This document shows positions 46,205 to 55,650 of a DNA stretch of 64,000 nt, in pieces. The position numbers and the translations under genes are program-made. The DNA comes from Dehalococcoidia bacterium (GTDB lineage Bacteria; Chloroflexota; Dehalococcoidia; Plut-88900): contig CBDBLV010000004.1 of assembly GCA_965207225.1 (NCBI GenBank), positions 224,001-288,000 of the forward strand, written 5' to 3'. How positions within the stretch are numbered: position 1 is the first letter of the stretch; every line of letters begins with the position of its first letter. A model generated the notes under the pieces. It was not told the origin of the DNA. It saw only the letters and a list, made by a program, of their open reading frames with translations, and searched no databases.

Positions 46205-46684
46205 ATGTCTATGCGCGTAGGAATGGGCATTGACGTTCACGCCTTGGTGGAGGGTAGAGCGCTGGTGCTTGGGGGCGTTACGGTGCCTCATTCTCTGGGT
46301 TTGTCGGGGCACAGTGACGGGGACGCGTTAACCCATGCGGTGGTGGATGCATTGCTTGGGGCGGCGGGAATGGGGGATATAGGGGGTCGGTTCCCGTCCT
46401 CCGACTCGACTTGGAAGGACGCAGACAGCCTGACTTTTCTCTCATCCATCGCTCCAGAGCTGGCCGATGCAGGTTGGAGCGTCCAAAACGTGGATGCTAC
46501 AATTATTGCCCAGAGGCCGGCTCTTGCCCCCCATGTCAAAGAGATGGAATCAAACATCGCCCGGGCCCTGGGGGTCGACCCCTCCCAGATCAACGTGAAA
46601 GCCACCACCAGCGACAGGCTCGGAATCGCAGGTCGAGAAGAGGGAATAGCCGCCTTCGCCGTCGCCCTCCTAGAACAAGATTAG
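46205..46684 (+). CDS. ispF: 2-C-methyl-D-erythritol 2,4-cyclodiphosphate synthase
   Basis: GIDVH, GHSDGDALTHA, GDIG, NVKATT. Confidence 0.97.
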   Translation: MSMRVGMGIDVHALVEGRALVLGGVTVPHSLGLSGHSDGDALTHAVVDALLGAAGMGDIGGRFPSSDSTWKDADSLTFLSSIAPELADAGWSVQNVDATIIAQRPALAPHVKEMESNIARALGVDPSQINVKATTSDRLGIAGREEGIAAFAVALLEQD

Positions 46685-46703
46685 CCCGAGTCCCCCAAAA
46701 CCC

Positions 46704-48179
46704 ATGCAGATTTACAACACCCTCACCCGCTCCAAAGAGGAGTTCGTACCCCTCGGCGACCCCGTGAAGATGTACGTGTGTGGGATAACGCCCTACTCGG
46801 CGTCGCACGTCGGGCATGCGATGAGCTACATCACCTTCGACGTGGTGCGGCGGTACCTGGAGTGGCGCGGCTATAACGTCCTCCACATCCAGAACTTCAC
46901 AGACGTGGACGACAAAATCATCGACCGCTCCGCAACCCTCGGCTCCTCCCCCAAAGACCTGGCCGAGGGCCTGATCCAGGACTATTTCAACGAGATGGAC
47001 GCCCTGAACGTGACCCGGGCCCACATCTATCCCCGGGCCACGGAGGAAATAGCCAAAATTTTGGAAATGACCAGGGGGCTGGTGGAGAACGGCACTGCAT
47101 ACGCCGTGGACGGCGACGTTTACTACCGCATCAACAGCTATTCCGACTACGGAAAGCTCAGCCATCGCACGCTGGAAGGCATGATGTCCGGGGCCCGCAT
47201 AGAAGTCGACAACAGGAAAGAGCATCCCATGGACTTCGCCCTCTGGAAGGCCGCCAAGCCCGGCGAGCCATCCTGGGACAGCCCCTGGGGCCCGGGCCGA
47301 CCCGGCTGGCACATGGAATGCAGCGCTATGTCCCTCAGATACCTGGGCGAGAGATTTGACATCCACGGCGGGGGCCTGGACCTTATCTTCCCCCACCACG
47401 AAAACGAGATCGCCCAGACCGAGGCGTTCACCGGCGTCACCCCATCAGTCCAGTACTGGATGCACAACGGCCTCCTCCAGCTGGACGACGAAAAGATGAG
47501 CAAGTCCCTTGGCAACCTCGTCACGGTAAAGGAAGTCCTGGAAAACCATTCCGCCGACGCCCTGCGGCTGTTCTTCCTGGGCTCCCACTACCGCAGCCCT
47601 CTTTCCTTCAGCGAGCGCGGCCTAGAGGCCATGGAACGGGGCGCAGCCCGACTCCGCAACGCCGCCCAGCAGAATGGCAGTGCCGAGAATGACGGGGCCG
47701 CGGTCTCGACTGATGGGTTCCGGGAGCGCTTTATCGAGGCAATGGACGACGACTTTGGAACCGCACAGGCGGTGGCCGCGCTCTATGACCTCACCAGGGA
47801 GATCAACCGGGGCGCCGACTCCGGGTCCAGTGTATCTGGTGCCGTAGCATTGCTCAGAGAGTTGTCGGGGGTGCTGGGGCTCACGCTAGAGGAGCGAGGT
47901 GGGGAGTCAGGGGTGGATGTCGGGGGGCTGGCGAAACTTGTAGAGTCCGTGGCGGCTCAACTGGAAGCCGCAAGCCAGGTCGAGACGGCCTCAGAGCTGG
48001 CTGGGGTGTCTGCGGACGGAGCTAGCGCCGACGATTATGTCGGGGCACTGATTGCCGCCCGGCAGAAGCTTCGCAAAAGCCGGGAGTTCGCCCTGGCGGA
48101 CGGGATACGGGACTCGCTTAGCGAACGAGGTATAACCCTGAAGGACTCACCGATGGGCACCACCTGGGAACTGGCATAG
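46704..48179 (+). CDS. cysS: Cysteine--tRNA ligase
   Basis: YVCGITPY...HVGH, GRPGWHMEC, FPHHENE, KMSKS. Confidence 0.98.
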   Translation: MQIYNTLTRSKEEFVPLGDPVKMYVCGITPYSASHVGHAMSYITFDVVRRYLEWRGYNVLHIQNFTDVDDKIIDRSATLGSSPKDLAEGLIQDYFNEMDALNVTRAHIYPRATEEIAKILEMTRGLVENGTAYAVDGDVYYRINSYSDYGKLSHRTLEGMMSGARIEVDNRKEHPMDFALWKAAKPGEPSWDSPWGPGRPGWHMECSAMSLRYLGERFDIHGGGLDLIFPHHENEIAQTEAFTGVTPSVQYWMHNGLLQLDDEKMSKSLGNLVTVKEVLENHSADALRLFFLGSHYRSPLSFSERGLEAMERGAARLRNAAQQNGSAENDGAAVSTDGFRERFIEAMDDDFGTAQAVAALYDLTREINRGADSGSSVSGAVALLRELSGVLGLTLEERGGESGVDVGGLAKLVESVAAQLEAASQVETASELAGVSADGASADDYVGALIAARQKLRKSREFALADGIRDSLSERGITLKDSPMGTTWELA

Positions 48180-48233
48180 CCTTCCCCTCGGGCCCGACGA
48201 ATTTCACTAAGGCTGAATTGAGCGCGATCAGGA

Positions 48234-48680
48234 ATGTATCGAGAGATCGAAATCCCCCCCAAAGTCACCCCCGACGACGACTCCGGCTACCTGGAAGAGC
48301 TGACCAAGGCTATCTTCAGGTCGGGATTTTCGTGGGCGGTGATACGGAGAAAGTGGGACAACTTCCGGGCGGCATTCGACGGATTCGACATACCAAAGGT
48401 AGCTTCTTATGACCTCGAGGACATGGAGCGTCTATTCCAGGATGAGGGGATAGTCCGAAACCGCCGCAAGATAGTGGCCACCATCGAAAACGCCGGGAAG
48501 TGCATGGCGTTGATCGCTGGGCACGGCTCCTTCTACGCCTACCTGCGCTCTATGGATGAACTGGACTACCGGGCCAGGGTGAAGGCACTCACCCGAGAAT
48601 TTCGCGGCCTGGGCAACACCGGGGCTTTCGTCTTCCTGCACTGCGTCAACGAAGAGACCCCGACCTGGGAAGAGCGCTGA
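48234..48680 (+). CDS. DNA-3-methyladenine glycosylase I-like (short form)
   Basis: IFRSGFSWAVIRRKWDNFRAAFDGFD, GIVRNRRKI. Confidence 0.8.
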   Translation: MYREIEIPPKVTPDDDSGYLEELTKAIFRSGFSWAVIRRKWDNFRAAFDGFDIPKVASYDLEDMERLFQDEGIVRNRRKIVATIENAGKCMALIAGHGSFYAYLRSMDELDYRARVKALTREFRGLGNTGAFVFLHCVNEETPTWEER

Positions 48681-48692
48681 GTTCCCTCGGTA

Positions 48693-49802
48693 CTAGATCT
48701 CTCCCAGCTTGTCCCTGACCCAGTTGTTGAACCTGAGCACGTGGGGTTCCGTCGGGCCGAGGACACCCTGCTTGTGGGCCCGAGACTTATTTCCCTGGTG
48801 GGCCAGTTCGCAGACGCCGAAGTCCTGCCTGTTGAACAGGTCCCAGAATTCCACCGTATCGCTGGGGTCGAAGTCGGGGCTGTCCACAACCTCGGCGTCG
48901 AAGAAGAACTCGTTGGTGATCTTCGTTCTGTTCGGGCCGTCGGGCCACATGACTATGGTGGCTACGGACTCGGGCTGGAACGCCAGGACGACGTTGGGGT
49001 ACAAGGAGACGCTCCGAAAACGTCCCATGTCCTCGCTGGTCAAGCCCTTCAGCTTAGGCTGGTCCGTCCTGCCCCCGGCGGTCATGGTGGCGTATTCATC
49101 CAGGAGCAGGGTGCCCGCCACTGAGTCCCGACCCGTCAGGCCCGTCCTGTAGATGGGCACCACCTCGCACAGTTCGGGGTGTACGCCCGGGCAGTGACCG
49201 CATTCGCTGGCGTTTTCCCAGATCTCCTTCCAGTTGGAAGCAACATCATAGTAGTTCACGCCGCCGGACTTGAGCCCGGAGAGACCGTACCGGGTTAGTA
49301 CAGGATTCAGGTCACCGAAGTCTGCCACAAAGGGCTCGGGTTCGGGGTCCAGGTTGATGAAGATAAGGCCCTGCCAGGTCGCTACCGGCACCCTGTACAG
49401 GGGGTATTTCTCCTTTTCAAGGCCGTCCATGTGCATCTCTTTGGGGACGGCAAGCAAGTCTCCGTTCATGCCGTATGTCCAACCATGATAGCCGCACGCC
49501 AGGGCGCCCCCCTGCGCGTGGCCCTCGGACTGGGTGCACAGCCTCGACCCCCGGTGTCGGCATACGTTGTAGAAAGCGTACACATCCATATCCCTGTCCC
49601 GGGTTATGACGATGCTCTCATCGGCTATGGTGCGTACCACGTAGTCGCCGGGCCGGGGGAGATTGCTGGTGTGGGCGACAAAAAGCCAGGACTTGCAGAA
49701 GATGCGCTCCTTCTCCAACTCATAAATCTCGGGGTTCCAGTAGTAGTGGCTGGGAAGGGTCTTTCCAATTTCCGCGGACTCTTTGACGATTTGACTTACC
49801 AT
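48693..49802 (-). CDS. Rieske non-heme iron oxygenase alpha subunit (GbcA/CntA-like), copy 1
   Basis: CRHRG...CGYHGW Rieske motif; ENASECGHCPGVH and QD mononuclear Fe site; ATG 49802 follows an AGGAGG SD. Confidence 0.93.
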   Translation of the reverse strand: MVSQIVKESAEIGKTLPSHYYWNPEIYELEKERIFCKSWLFVAHTSNLPRPGDYVVRTIADESIVITRDRDMDVYAFYNVCRHRGSRLCTQSEGHAQGGALACGYHGWTYGMNGDLLAVPKEMHMDGLEKEKYPLYRVPVATWQGLIFINLDPEPEPFVADFGDLNPVLTRYGLSGLKSGGVNYYDVASNWKEIWENASECGHCPGVHPELCEVVPIYRTGLTGRDSVAGTLLLDEYATMTAGGRTDQPKLKGLTSEDMGRFRSVSLYPNVVLAFQPESVATIVMWPDGPNRTKITNEFFFDAEVVDSPDFDPSDTVEFWDLFNRQDFGVCELAHQGNKSRAHKQGVLGPTEPHVLRFNNWVRDKLGEI

Positions 49803-49835
49803 AGCACTGCCTCCTGAATGATGAGACCCCAACCT

Positions 49836-49858
49836 GGGAAGAGCGTTAGGCCCTTCCC
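49836..49858 (-). repeat. Intercistronic hairpin duplicated between the Rieske genes (second copy 50999-51021)
   Basis: GGGAAGGGC-CTAAC-GCTCTTCC immediately after the stops of copies 2 and 3. Confidence 0.8.
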
Positions 49859-49861
49859 AGA

Positions 49862-50965
49862 TCAGTTTTCTCCCAGCTTTTCTATTACCCAGTTGTCGAA
49901 TGTGACCACGTGGGGTTCCGTCGGGCCCAGCACTCCCTGCTTGTGGGCCCTGGACCTATTCCCCTGGTGGGCCAGTTCGCAGACGCCAAGGTCCTGCTTG
50001 ATGATCAGGTCCCGGAAATCCACCGTGTCACTGGGATCGAAGTCGGGGCCGTCCACCACATCCGCATCGAAGAAGAACTCGTTGGTTATCCTGGTCCTGT
50101 TCGGGCCATGGGGCCATATAACCAAGGTCATCACCGACTCAGGCTGAAACACCACGACTGCGTTGGGGTAGACGGATACGGTCCTGATACGTCCCATATC
50201 CTCTGTCGACAGACCCTTTAGCATCGGCTGATTCGTCCTGCCAGTGGCAGTCACAGTCTCATACCGCAGAAGCGTCCCCTCCACCGAGTCCCGACTGGTC
50301 AGACCCTTCTTGAAGGTCGGCACCACCTCGCAGAGCTCCGGGTGTACTCCCGGGCAATGTACACACTCGCTGGCATTCTCGAAGACTTCCTTCCAGTTGG
50401 ACTCCACCTCGTAATGAAACACGTGGCCCGACTTGAGGCTCGGAAGCCCGTATCGGGGCAGTATGGGGTTTAGATTTCCGAACTCCGCGACGAATGGTTC
50501 TGGTCCGGGGTCCAGGTTGATGAAGATAAGGCCTTGCCAGGTGGCTACGGGCACCCTGTACAGCGGGTATTTCTCCTTTTCAAGGCCCTCCATGTGCATC
50601 TCTTTGGGGATGCCAACGAGGTCACCGCTCATGCCGTACGTCCACCCGCGATAGCCGCAGGTCAGGGCGCTTCCTGGCGCGTGGCCTTCGGGTTGGGTGC
50701 ATAGCCTCGACCCCCGGTGACGGCAGACGTTGTAGAAGGCATGCACCTCCATATCCCTGTCCCGGGTTATGACGATGCTTTCGTCTGCTATGGTGCGTAC
50801 AACGTAGTCGCCGGGCCGGGGGAGATTGCTGGTGTGGGCGACAAAGAGCCACGACTTGTAGAAGATGCGCTCCTTCTCCAACTCATAGATATCGGGGTCC
50901 CAGTAATAGCGGCTTGGAAGGGTCTTGCCGATCTCTGTGGATTCTCTGACGATCTGACCTACCAT
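49862..50965 (-). CDS. Rieske oxygenase alpha subunit, copy 2 (Rieske His ligand replaced by Arg)
   Basis: CRHRG...CGYRGW (codon CGC at 50648-50650); ECVHCPGVH and QD retained. Confidence 0.9.
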   Translation of the reverse strand: MVGQIVRESTEIGKTLPSRYYWDPDIYELEKERIFYKSWLFVAHTSNLPRPGDYVVRTIADESIVITRDRDMEVHAFYNVCRHRGSRLCTQPEGHAPGSALTCGYRGWTYGMSGDLVGIPKEMHMEGLEKEKYPLYRVPVATWQGLIFINLDPGPEPFVAEFGNLNPILPRYGLPSLKSGHVFHYEVESNWKEVFENASECVHCPGVHPELCEVVPTFKKGLTSRDSVEGTLLRYETVTATGRTNQPMLKGLSTEDMGRIRTVSVYPNAVVVFQPESVMTLVIWPHGPNRTRITNEFFFDADVVDGPDFDPSDTVDFRDLIIKQDLGVCELAHQGNRSRAHKQGVLGPTEPHVVTFDNWVIEKLGEN

Positions 50966-51024
50966 AGCGCTCCTTCTTGAATGAAGAAACTTCGAGCTAG
51001 GAAGAGCGTTAGGCCCTTCCCGGA

Positions 51025-52128
51025 TCAGCTTTTCCCCAGCCTTTCCCTTACCCAGTTGTCGAATGTGAGCACGTGGGGTTCCGCACGACCCAAGACTCCC
51101 TGCTTGTGGGCCCTGGACTTAATTCCCTGGTGTACACGTTCACACACATCGAAGTCTTGCTTGTTGAAAAGGTCCCAGAATTGCACCGTGTCGGTTGGAT
51201 CGAACTCCGGGCTGTCCACCACATCCGCATCGAAGAAGAACTCGTTGGTTATCCTCGTCCTGTTCGGGCCATCGGGCCATATAACCACGGTCACCACCGA
51301 CTCAGGCTGAAACAGCAGGAATGAGTTGGGGTAGACGGATACGGTCCTGAAACGTCCCATATCCTCTTCGGACAGGCCCTTTAGCATCGGCTGGTTCGTC
51401 CTCCCGGTGGCGGTCACAGTCTCGTACCGCAGAAGCGTCCCCTCCACCGAATCCCGACTGGTCAGACCCTTCTTGAAGGTAGGCACCACCTCGCAGAGCT
51501 CCGGGTGTACGCCAGGGCAGTGCCCGCACTCGCTGGCATTTTCGAAGACTTCTTTCCAGTTGGACTCCACCTCGTAATGAAACACGTGGCCCGACTTGAG
51601 GCTCGGAAGCCCGTATCGGGGCAGAATGGGATTCAGAACGCCAAAGTCTGCGACGAATGGTTCGGGGTCGGGATCCAGGTTGATGAAGATAAGGCCTTGC
51701 CAGGTCGCTACAGGTACCCTGTACAGGGGGTATCTCTCCTTTTCAAGGCCGTCCATGTGCATCTCTTTAGGGACGGCAACCAGGTCTCCACTCATGGAGT
51801 ATGTCCAGCCATGATATCCACACGCCAGGGCGCCCCCTTGCGCGTGGCCCTCGGGCTGGGTACACAGCCTCGACCCCCGGTGCCGGCAGACGTTGTAGAA
51901 GGCGTGTACCTGCATGTCCCTGTCCCGGGTTATGACGATGCTCTCATCGGCGATGGTTCGGACCACGTAGTCGCCGGGCTGGGGGAGGTTGCTGGTGTGG
52001 GCGACAAAGAGCCAGGACCTGTAGAAGATCCGCTCCTTCTCCAGCTCGTAGATTTCGGGGGCCCAATAGTAGTGGCTGGGAAGGGTAATGCCGATCTCGG
52101 CGGACTCTCTGACGATCTGGCCTACCAT
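51025..52128 (-). CDS. Rieske oxygenase alpha subunit, copy 3
   Basis: CRHRG...CGYHGW, ECGHCPGVH, NKQDF. Confidence 0.93.
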   Translation of the reverse strand: MVGQIVRESAEIGITLPSHYYWAPEIYELEKERIFYRSWLFVAHTSNLPQPGDYVVRTIADESIVITRDRDMQVHAFYNVCRHRGSRLCTQPEGHAQGGALACGYHGWTYSMSGDLVAVPKEMHMDGLEKERYPLYRVPVATWQGLIFINLDPDPEPFVADFGVLNPILPRYGLPSLKSGHVFHYEVESNWKEVFENASECGHCPGVHPELCEVVPTFKKGLTSRDSVEGTLLRYETVTATGRTNQPMLKGLSEEDMGRFRTVSVYPNSFLLFQPESVVTVVIWPDGPNRTRITNEFFFDADVVDSPEFDPTDTVQFWDLFNKQDFDVCERVHQGIKSRAHKQGVLGRAEPHVLTFDNWVRERLGKS

Positions 52129-52152
52129 GACGCTCCCTCCTGTGATGAGAGG

Positions 52153-52992
52153 TTACAACAGGCTCCGCTCCAGGACTACCTCGCTCCCGACCCGGGCCCC
52201 GGTCCGTGCCGCCGCGCTTCCATCTCTCACCGCGACTTCCACGTATCCCGAGCTGCCGATCAACGCAAACAGATTATCTCCGTCGCCGTAGCTGCGCACA
52301 AGTCCCGAAAAGGAATGTCCTTCAATCGAGCCTTTCACAGGCTCACCTTCAAGCTGCCCCCCTCGAATGCTCGTTATCAGGTTGCCGAACCTGTCGACAT
52401 GGAGAACCTCTCCGGCCATCCTGCCTTGCCCATCGATCCGGGCCATAGGTCGAGGGTAGGCGAGTATCGAGTCAACCAGCTCACCCAGATCCATCAGCGC
52501 GGTCTCGGGGAGGCGGGCGGCGACGGGGGCAAAGATATCCCGGCCGTGGAAGGTGTTGCTGACCTCCCGGAGCCAGAATTGCTCGTTGGTCAGGCGCACG
52601 GCTTCAAAGTCTTGGGGAAGGACCCGAGGACTCGGACCCCAGCCGTTTTCGTCAGGCTGGACTCCCGACTCATCCGATGCATCAGCCAGTATGAAGCTGA
52701 AGACACCGTTGTCGGGGCCTACGAAGTATTGCCCCAGACCCTCCAGGCACAGGGCATTTCGTTCAGTCCCGACTCCGGGGTCCACGACCGCAACGTGCAC
52801 CGTGTCTTTCGGAAAGTACCTGTATGACGTGCCCAGCACAAACGCCGCCTGCCGCACGTTGCCCGGCTCTATAGCATGGGTTATGTCTACTATCTGGACT
52901 TGAGGGCTGACGGTTAGCAGCACACCCTTCATCACGCCGACGTAACCGTCGCTTAGCCCGAAATCCGTGGTCAGCGTTACTATCGAAGCCAC
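52153..52992 (-). CDS. SAM hydroxide adenosyltransferase (DUF62; chlorinase/fluorinase superfamily)
   Basis: LTTDFG, VVDPGVGTER, GPDNG, SNTFHGRDIFAP, VDRFGNLIT. Confidence 0.92.
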   Translation of the reverse strand: MASIVTLTTDFGLSDGYVGVMKGVLLTVSPQVQIVDITHAIEPGNVRQAAFVLGTSYRYFPKDTVHVAVVDPGVGTERNALCLEGLGQYFVGPDNGVFSFILADASDESGVQPDENGWGPSPRVLPQDFEAVRLTNEQFWLREVSNTFHGRDIFAPVAARLPETALMDLGELVDSILAYPRPMARIDGQGRMAGEVLHVDRFGNLITSIRGGQLEGEPVKGSIEGHSFSGLVRSYGDGDNLFALIGSSGYVEVAVRDGSAAARTGARVGSEVVLERSLL

Positions 52993-53043
52993 TTATCTAA
53001 CGCAGTTGCCAACCCAAGCCCGAACAGGGATGGGCAGGGACCC

Positions 53044-53259
53044 TTAGGAAAAGCGCACGCTGAGGAAAGAGACCAGGATAAATACCACTATCAGGAGAAT
53101 TGTTAGCTGAAATAGGGTCTTTTCCAAGCCTCGTCGGGTGCGAAAGCCCGTGCTGGCGCCCCCGAACACCCCGCCCATCCCCTGCCCCTTGACCTGGAGC
53201 AGTATCACGGCTACCAGCGCCACTGAAATGAGTATCTGGACTACGTTCAGCAATGACAT
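53044..53259 (-). CDS. secG: Preprotein translocase subunit SecG
   Basis: ILLQVKGQGMGGVFGG...RRGLEKTL; two TM helices. Confidence 0.93.
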   Translation of the reverse strand: MSLLNVVQILISVALVAVILLQVKGQGMGGVFGGASTGFRTRRGLEKTLFQLTILLIVVFILVSFLSVRFS

Positions 53260-53293
53260 GTCGACTAAGCCTAACTCAATTGCCTCTTGGAGG

Positions 53294-54796
53294 CTAGGTC
53301 ATGCGCTCCTTCAGTAGCTGGTTCACCTTGGCCGGGTTGGCCTTGCCCCGCGTCGCCTTCATTACCTGCCCTACCAGGAAGCCCAGAGCCTGCGCCTTCC
53401 CCGACGCGAAGTCTTCCACCGCCTGCGGGTTCTGACTCACGACTTCGTCCACGACTGTGGAAATCTCATCGGTGTCCGTGATCTGGCTTAACCCCTTCTC
53501 TTTTACGATTGCCGCGGGATCCTTGCCCGTATCGTACATTTCCTGGAAGACTTCCTTGGCCATCTTGCCGGAGAGCGTGTTGTCATCAACCAGGTCGATT
53601 AGCTGGGACAGCGCCTTGGGAGTGACCCTGGCCTGTCCAATCTCCTCCCCTGACGCGTTTAGCATCCCCAGGAAGTCGCCGAGAAGCCACGATCCGACCG
53701 CCTTCGCCCTCTTCTCCGGATTCCCGTTCTCGTTGAAGGAAAGCGACTCCTCAAAGAAGTCAGCCAGGGCCTTGCTGTTAACCAGGGTGTCAGCATCCTT
53801 GGGCTGGACCCCAAGCTCTGAGGTAAACCGTCCAATTCGGGCCTCGGGGAGCTCGGGTAGACGGGACTTTATCTCGTTGACCCATGCCGGGTCGATTTTC
53901 ATGGCGGGGAGGTCGGGCTCAGGGAAGTATCTGTAGTCGTGGGCGTATTCCTTACTTCGCTGCGATACTGTCACGCCCCTGTCTTCCACCCAACCTCGGG
54001 TCTCCTGGTGCACCGGCAGCCCCTCCGAAACGGCCCGCACCTGCCGTTCGAACTCGTAGCCCAAGGCCCGGTACACGGAGCGAAAGCTGTTCATGTTCTT
54101 GACTTCGACCTTCGCGTTGAGCTCGGTCGAGCCCCGGGGCCTGACACTGATGTTAGCGTCGCACCGAAAGCTGCCTTCCTCCATGTTGCCCGTAGACACA
54201 TCGAGGTATTGCAAAATCGTGCGCAGCTTTATCAGATATTGTCGGGCCTCTTCTGCTGACCGTAGGTCGGGCTCCCCAACTATCTCCATCAAGGGCGTCC
54301 CCGCCCGGTTGACGTCCACCCGAGACCACCTGTCCCCACCTTCCCCGTCTACGTGCGCCAGCTTGGCCGTGTCCTCTTCCAGGTGGACACGGTTCAGCCT
54401 TGCCTTCCTTACTCCGTCTTCAGTCTCGACCGTCAGCCATCCTGCGCTGCACAAGGGCATGTCATATTGGGATATTTGATAGCCCTTCATCAGGTCGGGG
54501 TAGGGGTAGTTCTTGCGGTCGAACTTGGTATGTTCAGAGATAGTGCAATTCAGGGCAAGGCCCGTCATGATGGTGAATTCCACGGCCTTCCGGTTGATCA
54601 CCGGCAGGACTCCCGGCATCCCGAGACACACTGGGCAGACCCGGGAGTTGGGTTCGGCGTCCGTGTAGCCGGCCGCGCAGCCGCAGAACATCTTGCTCCG
54701 GGTCTTCAGCTGCGAATGCACCTCCAGGCCAATTACGGCCTCGAAGTCATCCAGGGGTAGTTTTTCTGTGGCGACTGCTGCGGTCTTGGTAGTCAT
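53294..54796 (-). CDS. gatB: Asp-tRNA(Asn)/Glu-tRNA(Gln) amidotransferase subunit B
   Basis: [43 protein letters not shown]. Confidence 0.98.
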   Translation of the reverse strand: MTTKTAAVATEKLPLDDFEAVIGLEVHSQLKTRSKMFCGCAAGYTDAEPNSRVCPVCLGMPGVLPVINRKAVEFTIMTGLALNCTISEHTKFDRKNYPYPDLMKGYQISQYDMPLCSAGWLTVETEDGVRKARLNRVHLEEDTAKLAHVDGEGGDRWSRVDVNRAGTPLMEIVGEPDLRSAEEARQYLIKLRTILQYLDVSTGNMEEGSFRCDANISVRPRGSTELNAKVEVKNMNSFRSVYRALGYEFERQVRAVSEGLPVHQETRGWVEDRGVTVSQRSKEYAHDYRYFPEPDLPAMKIDPAWVNEIKSRLPELPEARIGRFTSELGVQPKDADTLVNSKALADFFEESLSFNENGNPEKRAKAVGSWLLGDFLGMLNASGEEIGQARVTPKALSQLIDLVDDNTLSGKMAKEVFQEMYDTGKDPAAIVKEKGLSQITDTDEISTVVDEVVSQNPQAVEDFASGKAQALGFLVGQVMKATRGKANPAKVNQLLKERMT

Positions 54797-54884
54797 CTGT
54801 GTCTAATGGCGCTCACAGTCAAGTTGAATGAGTATAGCATCGCGCCCCGAGCCTAACAAAGCGAAGAAACCTGCAACTGCAGCC

Positions 54885-55541
54885 CTAGCTCGGCCAGGCC
54901 CCGGCTCCAATCAACGGTACGAACCGGCAAAGGGCCAGAGTCTTGATCTTCGGCTTGCGTTTCCGCCTCTCCACCAGCTTGAGCTCCTGCTCCTCCCTCC
55001 CCCCGACCGGAAGCACCATCTTCCCGCCAACGGTGAGTTGACCGACAAGAGCATCGGGGACCCAGGGCGCGGCCGCCGAGACTACGATGGCGTCATAGGG
55101 CGCTAGGTCGGGATATCCCAACACGTCCCTAACGGTTTCGACGCGGATGTTTTTGAAATGGAGAATTTTCAGTCGTTTTCGGGCGTCTCTGGCGAGGTCG
55201 GGTACCCGCTCCACGGTTACAACCCTGGCCGCCAGCTGCGCCAGCAATGCCGCCTGGTACCCGCTCCCCGTGCCCACTTCCAGCACAGTCTCGTAGCCTT
55301 TCAGCGACAAGGCCTCGAGCATCAGGGCCACGATGTAGGGCTGGGATACGGTCTGGCTGAAACCTATCGGCAGTGGGTGGTCTCCGTACACCATCTCCCG
55401 GGGCGCGAGCGGCACAAACAATTCCCGAGGCGTCCGGGCAAAGGCATCCAGGACCCGACGGTCCTTGATCCTGGACGCGAGCTCCGACATCATCCTCCGA
55501 TGTGCCGTCTCCAAAGCGCCTTCTTGCCCATCCCCAGCCAC
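54885..55541 (-). CDS. pcm: Protein-L-isoaspartate O-methyltransferase
   Basis: QTVSQPYIVA, LEVGTGSGYQAA, APYDAIVV, CRFVPL. Confidence 0.95.
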   Translation of the reverse strand: MAGDGQEGALETAHRRMMSELASRIKDRRVLDAFARTPRELFVPLAPREMVYGDHPLPIGFSQTVSQPYIVALMLEALSLKGYETVLEVGTGSGYQAALLAQLAARVVTVERVPDLARDARKRLKILHFKNIRVETVRDVLGYPDLAPYDAIVVSAAAPWVPDALVGQLTVGGKMVLPVGGREEQELKLVERRKRKPKIKTLALCRFVPLIGAGAWPS

Positions 55542-55610
55542 GATCTCCAGTCCTTCCTTCAGTGTCAGCTCATGTCAGAGTGTAACAACCCGAGGCCCTC
55601 CACGCACCGG

Positions 55611-55643
55611 TGATATAATCTCCCGACCCTTCCTCAGCAGGAG
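55611..55643 (+). promoter_or_regulatory. Extended -10 promoter and SD for larB
   Basis: TGaTATAAT at 55611-55619; AGGAG at 55639-55643. Confidence 0.7.
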
Positions 55644-55650
55644 CGCAGAC

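Noticed and set aside
52153-52992. Fluorinase or chlorinase
   Set aside because: The Asp-Arg-His triad (DPG…R…FHGRD) of SAM hydroxide adenosyltransferases is retained; halogenases lack the His.
55465-55650. N-terminal extension of LarB from TTG 55465
   Set aside because: It overlaps pcm on the opposite strand, lies upstream of the predicted promoter and is a Ser/Pro-rich sequence unlike LarB.
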